From the NCBI GenBank assembly GCA_041690195.1, contig JAWLHT010000001.1, forward strand, positions 1-58,362: a DNA stretch of 58,362 nt. The letters are read 5' to 3'. Shown here piece after piece: positions 27,531 to 36,649 of this stretch (the stretch's first letter is position 1; every line of letters starts with the position of its first letter). Origin of the DNA: Candidatus Latescibacterota bacterium. Lineage in GTDB: Bacteria > Latescibacterota > Latescibacteria > Latescibacterales > Latescibacteraceae. A program made the translations under genes and the position numbers. Below the pieces are notes generated by a model. That model was not told the DNA's origin. It worked only from the letters and a program-made list of their open reading frames with translations, and did not search any database.

Positions 27531-28094
27531 TTACTTGCTCACCCGCTCGATATACTCTCCGGTACGGGTATCGATCTTAACCACCGCCCCGGTCTCGATA
27601 AACAACGGCACATTTATAACCGCACCCGTGGACAGAGTCGCGGACTTCATGACATTGGTGGCGGTGTTTCCCCGGAAGCCGGGTTCGGTTTCCACAATCT
27701 CCAGTTCCACGAAAGTCGGCAATTCCACCTCAATCACGGTTTCTCCATGGAACAGGATGCCGCATACCATGTTCTCGGAAAGGAAGCGGCGGGAATCACC
27801 GATCTGCTCCGGTTCGATGTGTATCTGGTCGTACGTTTCGTTATCCATGAACACGAACTGCTCGCCATCACTGTAGAGATACTCGTAATAACGACGCTCC
27901 AGACGAACTTCATCAACCTTTTCACCGGAACGGTAGGTCCGCTCGATGACCGCTTTGGTACGCACGTTCCGGAGTTTGGTCCGGACGAAAGCGCCGCCTT
28001 TTCCCGGTTTGACGTGCTGGAATTCGACAATACTGAATAGATCGCCACCTTCCCGGAACGTGAACCCGTTCCGGAAATCAGCAGTAGTAGCCAT
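27531..28094 (-). CDS. efp: translation elongation factor P
   Basis: 187-aa ORF containing MATTADFRNGFTFREGGDLFSIVEFQHVKPGKGGAFVRTKLRN... GAGGAGG lies upstream. Confidence 0.95.
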   Translation of the reverse strand: MATTADFRNGFTFREGGDLFSIVEFQHVKPGKGGAFVRTKLRNVRTKAVIERTYRSGEKVDEVRLERRYYEYLYSDGEQFVFMDNETYDQIHIEPEQIGDSRRFLSENMVCGILFHGETVIEVELPTFVELEIVETEPGFRGNTATNVMKSATLSTGAVINVPLFIETGAVVKIDTRTGEYIERVSK

Positions 28095-28340
28095 GAATAA
28101 AACCTCCTCGAAATTGTACTTCAGTATATTGCATTACTACCGTTAACACAAAGGCTTAGTAAAGTAGTAAAGTTATTTTTTTTGTCAAGAAGAAATCACA
28201 CCGGTCTTAGAAAAACCCCGTATCCGGTACCGAAGCGCCGGAGAACCCGTATTGTAAACGGGGACAACGAGGTCGTTTGCAAAGAACCGGCTCCGGAAAG
28301 CGGCGCTCTCTCTCCCCACAAAAGGCGCCCTGCATTTCCC

Positions 28341-28372
28341 GTTGACAGTACACCCGGTAAGTATCATATATT
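28341..28372 (+). promoter_or_regulatory. sigma70-like promoter for the Tat-signal TIM-barrel gene
   Basis: TTGACA at 28341-28346 is followed 17-19 nt later by CATATATT. The ATG is ~50 nt downstream. Confidence 0.45.
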
Positions 28373-28418
28373 CATTACCGAGATTACCGCTTTTCCACTT
28401 ACCGATGGAGCACATGCC

Positions 28419-29429
28419 ATGAAATCCCGAATTTCCCGACGCGCCCTGCTCGCCTCCGCCGGAATCCTGGCCGGAATATCAATTACCGCCCCATCCCTTT
28501 CTTCCGCCGCGAAAGAAAGGGGAAAACAAAACAAAAAGCTCACACCGGGCCTCACCCCAATTCGTCAGGCCATCAACATCCGTCGGAACGGGTCGGAGAG
28601 CCCCGACGACATGATCCGGCGAATCCGCGAATCCGGATATACCGCGGTAAAAGGTGCGCGGCATGCCGGGGGAAACGTCGGAGAACCCTGGAACTCCATG
28701 AACACCGCGGAACGCCGCGAAGTGGTTGCCGCCTGCCGCAAATACGACATCATCATTTACGAGGTCGGCGGTTACACCAACCTGGTGACACCGGACGACC
28801 AGGCGCTCAAGCGGAACCTGCAACGCCTCGTTCACTGCATGGAGGTCGCCGAAAGCGTTGAATGCCCCATGGTGGGGACGGTCGCGGGCTGCCGCGATCC
28901 CAGGTATCTAATCAACGTCCATCCCGACAACTGGAGTCCGGAGACCTGGAAGCTCCTGGTCCGCAGCGTCCGCCAGGTTCTCCGGGATACATCGGGGATG
29001 AAAGTGTGTCTCGGCATGGAAGCCCAGGTTACCACCATCGTGGACGGTCCCCGTGCGCACAAGCGGCTCATGGAAGATGTGGGCGACGACCGGATCAAGG
29101 TGAATCTCGACCCGGTCAACATGATCTCCCTGCACAACTACTACCAGAGCACCGAACTCATCGAGGAATGTTTCGATCTTCTTGGCGAAGACATTCTCGG
29201 CTGCCACGCCAAGGACTCATACATCCTTCCCGATCAGCAGACCGTTCTGGTTCAGGAAGTATGTCCGGGGAAAGGAGTGCTGGACTACGAGACCTACCTG
29301 CTCCGCATGAGCCACCTGAAATGGCCGCGAGCGCTCGAACCGGAACATATCCCCGATGAGGAGTATCCGGAAGCGAAAGAGCACATCCGACAGGTGGCCT
29401 CCCGGGTCGGGGTAAAACTCTACAAATAA
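28419..29429 (+). CDS. Tat-signal xylose-isomerase-like TIM-barrel protein (sugar phosphate isomerase/epimerase family)
   Basis: ORF 28182..29429 trimmed to ATG 28419, with GGAG 9 nt upstream. MKSRISRRALLASAGILAGISITAPSLSSAA is a twin-arginine signal. The stretch ..VCLGMEAQ..KVNLDPVNM..GCHAKD.. resembles AP_endonuc_2/TIM-barrel metal ligand positions. Confidence 0.7.
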   Translation: MKSRISRRALLASAGILAGISITAPSLSSAAKERGKQNKKLTPGLTPIRQAINIRRNGSESPDDMIRRIRESGYTAVKGARHAGGNVGEPWNSMNTAERREVVAACRKYDIIIYEVGGYTNLVTPDDQALKRNLQRLVHCMEVAESVECPMVGTVAGCRDPRYLINVHPDNWSPETWKLLVRSVRQVLRDTSGMKVCLGMEAQVTTIVDGPRAHKRLMEDVGDDRIKVNLDPVNMISLHNYYQSTELIEECFDLLGEDILGCHAKDSYILPDQQTVLVQEVCPGKGVLDYETYLLRMSHLKWPRALEPEHIPDEEYPEAKEHIRQVASRVGVKLYK

Positions 29430-29470
29430 GTCAGCACGATTCTTCGATTCCGACAATAACGCGGGACAAG

Positions 29471-29498
29471 ACCGGGAGGGCGGCAGCCCCCCGGTTTT
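29471..29498 (+). terminator. terminator-like hairpin plus T-run after the TIM-barrel gene
   Basis: ACCGGG..CCCGGT stem followed by TTTT, located between convergent 3' ends. Confidence 0.4.
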
Positions 29499-29500
29499 CC

Positions 29501-30667
29501 TTACTTGCTGGCGCGGAGATGCATGACAATTCCAAGACACAGGAACACGATGTTGGAAACCCATGCGGCAAACAGCGGGTCAACCGTTTCGGAACGGCCG
29601 AGAACCTGGAATACGTTGATGAACGTATACAAGGCGAAACTGATCATGAGAGCCAGGCCGAAGGAAGCCGCCTTGCCCCGCTTGACCGAACCCGCCACCA
29701 TGGGCGCGCCGAAAAACACAATGACGAAGGATACAAACGGAAAGGATAGTTTGAGGTAAAGGTCAACCAGCCATTCGGAGGCATCCCCGCCCTTTTCCCT
29801 GATACTCCCGATATACTCCCGCAGTTGCAGGAAATTCATCGATTCCGGCTCCAACGCCACCAGCGCAAAATCTATGGGCTTGCGGTTCACGAACGAGGCG
29901 AGCAGAGTCGGGTTACGCTCCAGGATCACCCCTCCCTCGGTGAATGTCCTTTGGACAGCGTTATGGAGCACCCATCCACTATCCGACCACACCATGGAAT
30001 CGGCGTCGATGCGGGAAGCGATCCGGGCGATATCGGAGCCAGCGGCCGTGTCCTCCCCCGGCTCCGCGGGCCGGATGATGAACACCCCTTCCGCGGTGCG
30101 GGTTTTGGCCACGTAATACTTGGCATAAATGATCCGACCGTCACCATTGACCAGGAAAACATTATCGCGGTCCCGTTCGCGATCGGAAAAAAGCGATAAA
30201 GAGTAACGGGGCCCCTGTCCGTTCTGGGCGCCGGCCTTGACGAATTCCTTCCGGGCTTTCACATATTCTTCGATCTGTTTCTGCTGAAGGTTCGCCCCCG
30301 GCACCACCATTTCGGCGAACAGCATAACCATAAGCCCCACGAACAGGGAAAAAACATACAGGGGAAACAGAATTCGGTACAGACTGATCCCCGAGGCCTT
30401 CATCGCGGTAATCTCGTTGTCTCCAACCAGCCGTCCGAGACTGAACATGGTGGCGAGCAGCATCGCCACCGGTGTCACCAGGGTTATAACCCACGGCAGA
30501 TAAAAGACATAGTTGAGTGCGATTATACTGAACCCCACCCGGGCGTCTATGAACTTGTCCATCTTGTCCACCAGGTCCACCAGAATGAAAATCGCGGCGA
30601 ACGCCAGGAGAGAATAGACCAGATAGGTTATGAATTCTTTCAGGATATACCGGGAAAGGATGCGCAC
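29501..30667 (-). CDS. lptG: LPS export ABC permease, LptF/LptG (YjgP/YjgQ) family, second of a pair
   Basis: ORF trimmed to GTG 30667 (GGAG then 5 nt), directly after the upstream stop. Begins (M)RILSRYILKEFITYLVYSLLAFAAIFILVDLVDKMDKF.., followed by a large periplasmic insert and three C-terminal TM segments. Confidence 0.75.
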   Translation of the reverse strand: MRILSRYILKEFITYLVYSLLAFAAIFILVDLVDKMDKFIDARVGFSIIALNYVFYLPWVITLVTPVAMLLATMFSLGRLVGDNEITAMKASGISLYRILFPLYVFSLFVGLMVMLFAEMVVPGANLQQKQIEEYVKARKEFVKAGAQNGQGPRYSLSLFSDRERDRDNVFLVNGDGRIIYAKYYVAKTRTAEGVFIIRPAEPGEDTAAGSDIARIASRIDADSMVWSDSGWVLHNAVQRTFTEGGVILERNPTLLASFVNRKPIDFALVALEPESMNFLQLREYIGSIREKGGDASEWLVDLYLKLSFPFVSFVIVFFGAPMVAGSVKRGKAASFGLALMISFALYTFINVFQVLGRSETVDPLFAAWVSNIVFLCLGIVMHLRASK

Positions 30668-30668
30668 C

Positions 30669-31874
30669 TTATCTCCTTGCGGCATAAATGAGCATGTACA
30701 CCCCCAGCGCGCCCAGAACGATATTGGGAGCCCACATGGCGAGCCACGGCTGGACAATCATCCGGTCGCCGGCGCTCTCGCCGCCGATGAGGCCGAGGTA
30801 GTACAGGGTGAAGAACCCGATGGAAAGGCCGATGCCGATGGAGGCGCCTGACCGCCGGACCAAAATTCCAAGTGACGCCCCGAGCAGCACGAACACGAGT
30901 GAGGCAAACGGTATGGCGTACTTTTTCTGAATCTCCACCTGTAGGGCGGCAATATCCCGGATATTATTACGAATTTCGTCGTACAGCCGGTTCACCTGGT
31001 TTTCGTACCCGGGCATGGTGGCCGGGAGGTGTTCGATTTCACGTTCGAGCGCGTCGTTCAGGTTGCGTATCCGGGCAATATCGTTCTGCATCATGTATAT
31101 GGTTTTGGTGCGGTCGTTCCGCGATCCCTGAAATTCGGTATCGAATCCCAGGTCAACGGTGAAATTCTGGAAAAACTCCCGGAAGTCGCTCCGGACATAC
31201 TGCTCCTCGTTTTTGGGGTCATGGTGATGAATCTGCCCATTGGTGAGCACCAGGGTCATGCGGTTCGAATCGGGGTCTGACACGAAAGCCCCGGTCTCCG
31301 CCACAATGGTATCAACATAGTTTTCCCCGGTGCCACGGAACAGGGTGACTCCATAGAGCATCTCGTCCTCAAGTCCTATTGAATCCGCCCGGATCGTAAT
31401 GGAGGGAATTTCACTGACGAACTGCCCCTCGCGGTTTTTGAGGGAAAGCGAGGGTTTGAAAAAGGCAACCGCCGCCATGAGGTTTTTCGCCCGGTAGTTC
31501 GCTTCGGGGAGCACCCGGTCATTGAACCAGACCATCCCCGCGGTGAGCAGGGCGGCGATTACCAGCACCGGGGTCACAATGCGATACATGGATATCCCCG
31601 CCGCTTTCATCGCGATGATTTCACCGGAAGCACCCATACGCCCGAACGCCATCACCGTGGCCACCAGTACGCTCATGGGCACCACCAGAGCTACCATCCA
31701 GGCCAGGCTGTACACGACAAGCTGACCCATGATCAGGGGCGGAACCCCCTTCGTGATGAGGAGGTTCATGACATCGATCATCAGCTTGAGCACGAGCACG
31801 AACATGATTACACAGAATGCAAACACAAATGGCGACACATGCTCACGGATGACATACCGGTCGAATATGTTCAT
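30669..31874 (-). CDS. lptF: LPS export ABC permease, LptF/LptG (YjgP/YjgQ) family, first of a pair
   Basis: ORF trimmed to ATG 31874. Begins MNIFDRYVIREHVSPFVFAFCVIMFVLVLKLMIDVMNLLITKG... Architecture is the same as the downstream paralog. Confidence 0.75.
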   Translation of the reverse strand: MNIFDRYVIREHVSPFVFAFCVIMFVLVLKLMIDVMNLLITKGVPPLIMGQLVVYSLAWMVALVVPMSVLVATVMAFGRMGASGEIIAMKAAGISMYRIVTPVLVIAALLTAGMVWFNDRVLPEANYRAKNLMAAVAFFKPSLSLKNREGQFVSEIPSITIRADSIGLEDEMLYGVTLFRGTGENYVDTIVAETGAFVSDPDSNRMTLVLTNGQIHHHDPKNEEQYVRSDFREFFQNFTVDLGFDTEFQGSRNDRTKTIYMMQNDIARIRNLNDALEREIEHLPATMPGYENQVNRLYDEIRNNIRDIAALQVEIQKKYAIPFASLVFVLLGASLGILVRRSGASIGIGLSIGFFTLYYLGLIGGESAGDRMIVQPWLAMWAPNIVLGALGVYMLIYAARR

Positions 31875-32101
31875 CGAAAACCTTTCTTGCTCCGGGAATT
31901 TCGTACCCGTATAATATAGGGGTAACATCCAGGTAATTCAATCATTTCAACCGGGTAAAGGGTGCTTCCGATTTACGAAGCATACCGCTTGGCCGCATCT
32001 GGACAGGTTGACTCCCGAAACTCATTTTTGTTTCATCCAATACAACGCGCCGTTCCCCCGCCTGACGTGGTCCCATCCGGCGAAGGCGCTGCGAAAGGAG
32101 A

Positions 32102-32623
32102 ATGAAAATGTCCGTTCTCGATATCATTAAAGGACGATTCAGCGTTCGACGATACACTTCGGACCCGGTGAACGAGCCGGAACTGGAAACAGTACTGGAA
32201 GCGGCGCGTTGGTCGCAGTCCGCAAAAAACCGTCAGGAGTGGCGGCTCATCGTGGTACGTGACGAGAAAACCCGCAGGGCGCTGGCCGAAGCGGCAAAGA
32301 ACCAATCCTTCGTTGCCCAGGCTCCGGTTGTAATCGCGTGCTGCGCCGAGGGAACCGAGTACACCATGACCAACGGCCAGCCAAGCTATCCCATCGACCT
32401 GGCCATCGCCATGGAAAACATGGCATTGACCGCATGGGAACTGGGCCTCGGAACCTGCTGGATTGGCGCCTTCCACGAAGATCGCGCCAAAGAGATACTC
32501 GGCGTGCCGTCAGACAACGTCCGCGTCGTCGGTCTGCTCACCCTGGGCTGCCCGGACGGAGAAGCGCCCCCGAAAAACCGGCTTCCCCTTGACCGGATCG
32601 TCCGGTATGAACGCTGGTCATGA
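32102..32623 (+). CDS. nitroreductase family protein
   Basis: 173-aa ORF containing ..RFSVRRYTSDPV..VLEAARWSQSAKNRQEWRLIVV..ALTAWELGLGTCWIGAF... The second ATG at 32108 has better SD spacing (AAAGGAG). Confidence 0.85.
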   Translation: MKMSVLDIIKGRFSVRRYTSDPVNEPELETVLEAARWSQSAKNRQEWRLIVVRDEKTRRALAEAAKNQSFVAQAPVVIACCAEGTEYTMTNGQPSYPIDLAIAMENMALTAWELGLGTCWIGAFHEDRAKEILGVPSDNVRVVGLLTLGCPDGEAPPKNRLPLDRIVRYERWS

Positions 32624-32915
32624 TATCTGAGGAAAACCGTTTGACGATCCTGACCTGTGGCGGGATGGAAAGATCGTGATGGCACTCATGCCGGATCATG
32701 CGTTAAAAAAGCGGTCAAATCATGAGAAGCCCAGCGGAGCGGTTGGGCAACGGCAAAGGACGCAAGTGACTGCAACGGTCCCAAACGGACACGGTTTCTT
32801 GCCCGTTGACCATGTTTCGCATCATCTTCTTTCAACCCATGCAGCAAAACCTGCACCGGCCTTCTCTCTGGAAAGGGATATGGGGAATGCCACAAAACCG
32901 CAAACAAGCTGGCAA

Positions 32916-32943
32916 GCAGGGGCGATTCGCGAACCGCCCCTGC
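32916..32943 (-). terminator. terminator-like hairpin downstream of the YibQ-like gene
   Basis: GCAGGGGCG-10 nt-CGCCCCTGC forms a 9-bp stem. On the minus strand it is followed by TTGCCAGCTTGTTTGCGGTTTTG. Confidence 0.45.
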
Positions 32944-33057
32944 GCTCTTTCCGGGCGATTCGTGTCGATTGTGTTATCCCCTTCTCACTCAGGTGGTCCG
33001 CTGTTCATCTGAGTCAGAAAGAGATCCTTCAGGGCGTTGCGGCGAATGTGCTGCCGG

Positions 33058-34203
33058 CTATTTCACCAGTTCGGCGGCAGCGACAAACCGAATCCCCTGC
33101 TCCGCGAGACGGGGCAGTTCCTGTTCGAGCACATCGACGGTTGCGGGACGGTCGTGGCAGATAACGATTACCTCTTCCAGCTCAAAGGCGGTTGTCGCCA
33201 GTTCGTGGAGACGCCTTCTGATGGACTCCCGATCATCGGTCACATCGAGATATCCGGCCATGGCCGCGCATTTTACTTCGGCCCGTTGGGACACCGCATG
33301 GGCCACCGACCCGGGCGAAGTGCGCGAATCCACAAAAAAGCATCCGTTGACCCGCAGATAGCGCATGACCGTTTCCATGACCCGCAGATTTTCGGTGACC
33401 TTGGACCCCATGTGGTTGTTCATACCGCGAGCGCCATATACACTGTCGAAGGCGAGCGCGAGTTTCCGCTCGATAACGATGTCCGAATCCACGGTGAGAA
33501 TGGCGCCCTCGCCCGGATCCTCCGCGGCACCGGAAGGTTCCATGGGCATATGCAGCAGATAGGGCGTTCCCGTCTCCACCGCAAGATCCACCACCTCCCG
33601 GGTATTCCGCTGAAAGGGAAGCACGGAAAGAGTGACTGTCTGTCCGAGCATGCAGAGACGTCGCGCACTCTCAATGCCGTGAATTCCCAGATCGTCCACG
33701 ATTACCGCCATCACCGCCTTCTTAACCTCGAGCCCCGGCGTCTTCTGCAGGATGACAAAATCCGTGGCGACAGAACGAGATCCCAGTTTCAGGGTAAGAG
33801 AGCGTCCGTCGGCGGATTCCACGCCGCTGAGCACTTCCCCGCCCCGCTCTCCCGCCATCTCCCGGATTTTCAGGTGAAGGAAATAGAGCGAAGTGCTGGA
33901 CGGGACCGCGACACGGTACACCTCCCGGATTCCCACAAGGGAAGAATCCGGCTTGACCTTCCGAATGCCCTTCTCCCCAACTCCGTACTCCCTGAGAAGA
34001 GCCGGAAGGGCCTCCTTCAGACTATCCGAAAACGTGTCCGGCGCAACGGATTGAGGCTCATCCCGCCGTTCCCCGGGCAGAACGCTCTGTGTCTGACGAC
34101 CGGCCGAGAACCACAGAAACGAGGCTACCCCTGCCGCGGCAAGGGCGGTCAGGGGTAGCATGACATACAGGACCGAGATTATTCTGTTCTGCTTACGGGG
34201 CAA
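33058..34203 (-). CDS. divergent polysaccharide deacetylase family protein (YibQ-like), membrane anchored
   Basis: 381-aa ORF with an N-terminal TM segment (ISVLYVMLPLTALAAAGVASFLWF). Contains ..AVIVDDLG..LSVLPF..LLHMPMEP..NNHMGSKVT..FFVDSRTS.. Confidence 0.75.
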   Translation of the reverse strand: MPRKQNRIISVLYVMLPLTALAAAGVASFLWFSAGRQTQSVLPGERRDEPQSVAPDTFSDSLKEALPALLREYGVGEKGIRKVKPDSSLVGIREVYRVAVPSSTSLYFLHLKIREMAGERGGEVLSGVESADGRSLTLKLGSRSVATDFVILQKTPGLEVKKAVMAVIVDDLGIHGIESARRLCMLGQTVTLSVLPFQRNTREVVDLAVETGTPYLLHMPMEPSGAAEDPGEGAILTVDSDIVIERKLALAFDSVYGARGMNNHMGSKVTENLRVMETVMRYLRVNGCFFVDSRTSPGSVAHAVSQRAEVKCAAMAGYLDVTDDRESIRRRLHELATTAFELEEVIVICHDRPATVDVLEQELPRLAEQGIRFVAAAELVK

Positions 34204-34219
34204 AGAAGCCCTCCGGATA

Positions 34220-34792
34220 TCACATATTGGTCATATCGTTCCATTCAACAATGGACCAGAGACCGTTCTGATCCTCCCGGAACTTGAAATCCATGAACTG
34301 ATGGACTTCAATATCACCGTGCTGTTTGGTGAATATCTGCATGTCCACAGTATAGCGAATAATGGTCCAGATTTCGTCGGGGTGGTCAGGAGAGATGGAC
34401 GCTCCCTGGGGTTTGTCGGGACAGTTCTCGCCATATTCCAGATACCGGGAATGCTCCACCGCCTGAAACACGAACTTTGTAGACCCATTTATGACATTCT
34501 CAACAACCCGCACGTCCTCTGATTTGTTCCAGCGGATTTCCTGGTCATCCACTTCGGACCGGCTGACATAGAAATAATTATCGTTCAGACAGTTGCGATA
34601 CACCTCCACGTCGAGCTGGTCAAAGGCGACTTTCAGATTGTGCACCACGCTGTCCGGAGATGCCGCCACCTTGATCCTATTGTCAGCCTGAATGGTCTCA
34701 TTGCCTTTATCAGGCGAAAATATACATGCGCCGATGATCAGAGACAGGAGAACGAGAACTGCACAAATGCGGGTAACACGGCCGAGCTTCAT
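34220..34792 (-). CDS. lipoprotein of unknown function (paralog A)
   Basis: ORF 34220..34813. The preferred start is ATG 34792 (AGGA upstream), giving MKLGRVTRICAVLVLLSLIIGAC with a lipobox. It shares SP[DE].V.HNL, WNK and F[KY]FRE[DN].[NE]G.W.I..W.D blocks with the 35157..35729 product. Confidence 0.65.
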   Translation of the reverse strand: MKLGRVTRICAVLVLLSLIIGACIFSPDKGNETIQADNRIKVAASPDSVVHNLKVAFDQLDVEVYRNCLNDNYFYVSRSEVDDQEIRWNKSEDVRVVENVINGSTKFVFQAVEHSRYLEYGENCPDKPQGASISPDHPDEIWTIIRYTVDMQIFTKQHGDIEVHQFMDFKFREDQNGLWSIVEWNDMTNM

Positions 34793-35156
34793 GACAACCA
34801 TCCTTCGAAACATGGTGTCGGGACTGAAACACCGTATGCCACTGTGGGGGAATACACCTGTATGGTATCGAAAACCTGTCCGATGCGCAACAGGAATTTC
34901 TCCAAATTCGTCGAATTCAGGCCACCCGGCAGCATTAACAGATCGTTTTATTTCGCTGCTTCACGCTGTGACATCCTGAACGGCCCGCCAATTGTTTTGG
35001 CTGGTTCCCGGCGCATCGTTCACTGTCCCGGATGATTCCGGATACGCGCGCAAGGGGATCACGGATAGGCCAAGAAAAAACAACCGTTCCGGGCGTTGCG
35101 TTTCCACTGCGTCCGGGCGGACCATGCGTGCTCACATGATCTGATTTTCCCAGCAG

Positions 35157-35729
35157 TTACAGGTACTGCGTCTTGAGTACCCCCCAAGTTGGGGAACTCT
35201 TCCGTGCCCGGCTGTCAACCCAGAGATAGATATTCCACCTTCCCTCCTCGTTTTCCCGGAAATACAGATACGCCCTGCCGTAGACTTCGGCAAGTTCCCC
35301 CGGCCGTCCGTAAGACATCAGGTAATGGTAGGTATACATCTGCTCGCCGGGCTGATACAGAGAAGGAGCGTAGGTTGTCAGGTCGAAGGAGTACGTGGAA
35401 TCCAGCTGGGCCTGCTGAAAGAAATTCAGGGCGTACTCACTCTCGCGATCCTTGTTCCATGGAGTCCGGAAATACTGCTCATGGGAAAGCGAATCACCCG
35501 GATCGGGTGCAAAGGTAAAGTCATCGCTGAAAACATCGAGATAGTCCTGAATGCTCTTTGCACCCACCGCTTCCTGGAGATTATGGAGCACTTTCTCCGG
35601 GGAGGTGGGCGGCAGAAATACCGCGCCGCTTTCCGGCGGTTCTTCCGGAGTGCGGGTGCTGAAGGGATTGTTGCACGCGGTCAGCAGAAATAAACCGGTG
35701 AAAATGGCAAGGATCGCACCGTTTCTCAT
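35157..35729 (-). CDS. lipoprotein of unknown function (paralog B)
   Basis: 190-aa ORF. MRNGAILAIFTGLFLLTAC carries a lipobox. It is a paralog of the 34220..34792 product. It begins 4 nt after the M50 protease stop. Confidence 0.7.
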   Translation of the reverse strand: MRNGAILAIFTGLFLLTACNNPFSTRTPEEPPESGAVFLPPTSPEKVLHNLQEAVGAKSIQDYLDVFSDDFTFAPDPGDSLSHEQYFRTPWNKDRESEYALNFFQQAQLDSTYSFDLTTYAPSLYQPGEQMYTYHYLMSYGRPGELAEVYGRAYLYFRENEEGRWNIYLWVDSRARKSSPTWGVLKTQYL

Positions 35730-35733
35730 GGCA

Positions 35734-36648
35734 TCATCCCACCTTTATCGGCGATGGTATGATGCTGAGGATGAAGACCAGGATGGCAGCAACAGCCAGT
35801 GCGGTTCGGACAGGTCCCAGCCGCTGGTTCATGACGTCCGGATAGGGATGCGGACCGCCGAGGAAAAACAGAAGAACAGCCCAGACAAACCAGCCGCTCC
35901 ACAGCGACAATCCCAGCAGGATCAGCACAGGAACCCGAATACGCCGGAACAGGTCATGTACACGCGGAGACAGGGCGAACAGCACATGGCCGCCGTCGAG
36001 CTGGCCAAAGGGCATGAGGTTGAGCGCGGTTACAAACAACCCGATCCACCCGGCGAAGCCGATGGAACTGAGCATGATGTCCTGCCCTTCCGGCACGGGA
36101 CCGATCACGATATGCCCGAGCAATTTGAAAAGCAGGGACTCGCCCAGGGTAAGCGCCATGTCCTCACGGCCCTGAACGGGAACCACCTCGGACATGGCAA
36201 GGCCCACGACACAAGCGATAACCGCGAGCACAAACCCGGCCAGCGGACCGGATACCCCGAGATCCACCAAGGCGCGACGGTTGGGGATGGAGGATTTGAG
36301 CCGGATCACCGCGCCGAAGGTACCGATGGGAGGAAAGGGCGCGGGGAGAAAGTACGGCAGAGTGACCTCGATCCCCCACTTCCGCCCGGCGAAATAGTGG
36401 GCAAGTTCATGAACACCCAGTATGCTCATGATGGTCAGAGAAAAGGGAAGGCCGCTCGCGAATCCCGCTATGCTGCCGAAAGGGTCGTTTCCTTCCATGA
36501 AGGATCCCACCATCGTCGTGGTAAAGACGGTGAGCAGAAACAGGACAAGATGGACCCAGTAACGGTTGCCCCGGCGGGGAGCGGTCCCCCCATCATCGGC
36601 CGCATACCGGCCGTCACCGGGAAATATGAATATTTTTCTATACCGCAT
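35734..36648 (-). CDS. M50-family site-2 (intramembrane) metalloprotease
   Basis: ORF trimmed to ATG 36648, 1 nt after the pmbA stop. The HELAHY (HExxH) and NLMPFGQLDGGH motifs lie in a polytopic membrane protein. No PDZ domain is present. Confidence 0.8.
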   Translation of the reverse strand: MRYRKIFIFPGDGRYAADDGGTAPRRGNRYWVHLVLFLLTVFTTTMVGSFMEGNDPFGSIAGFASGLPFSLTIMSILGVHELAHYFAGRKWGIEVTLPYFLPAPFPPIGTFGAVIRLKSSIPNRRALVDLGVSGPLAGFVLAVIACVVGLAMSEVVPVQGREDMALTLGESLLFKLLGHIVIGPVPEGQDIMLSSIGFAGWIGLFVTALNLMPFGQLDGGHVLFALSPRVHDLFRRIRVPVLILLGLSLWSGWFVWAVLLFFLGGPHPYPDVMNQRLGPVRTALAVAAILVFILSIIPSPIKVG

Positions 36649-36649
36649 G

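Noticed and set aside
28182-28418. N-terminal 79-aa extension of the TIM-barrel ORF. Similar 5' extensions occur on track ORFs such as 1599..3089, 3532..4998, 8161..9111, 11785..13107 and 46624..47946.
   Set aside because: Internal starts with SD sequences, signal peptides or stop-start coupling to the upstream gene fit far better. The extensions overlap upstream genes or promoters.
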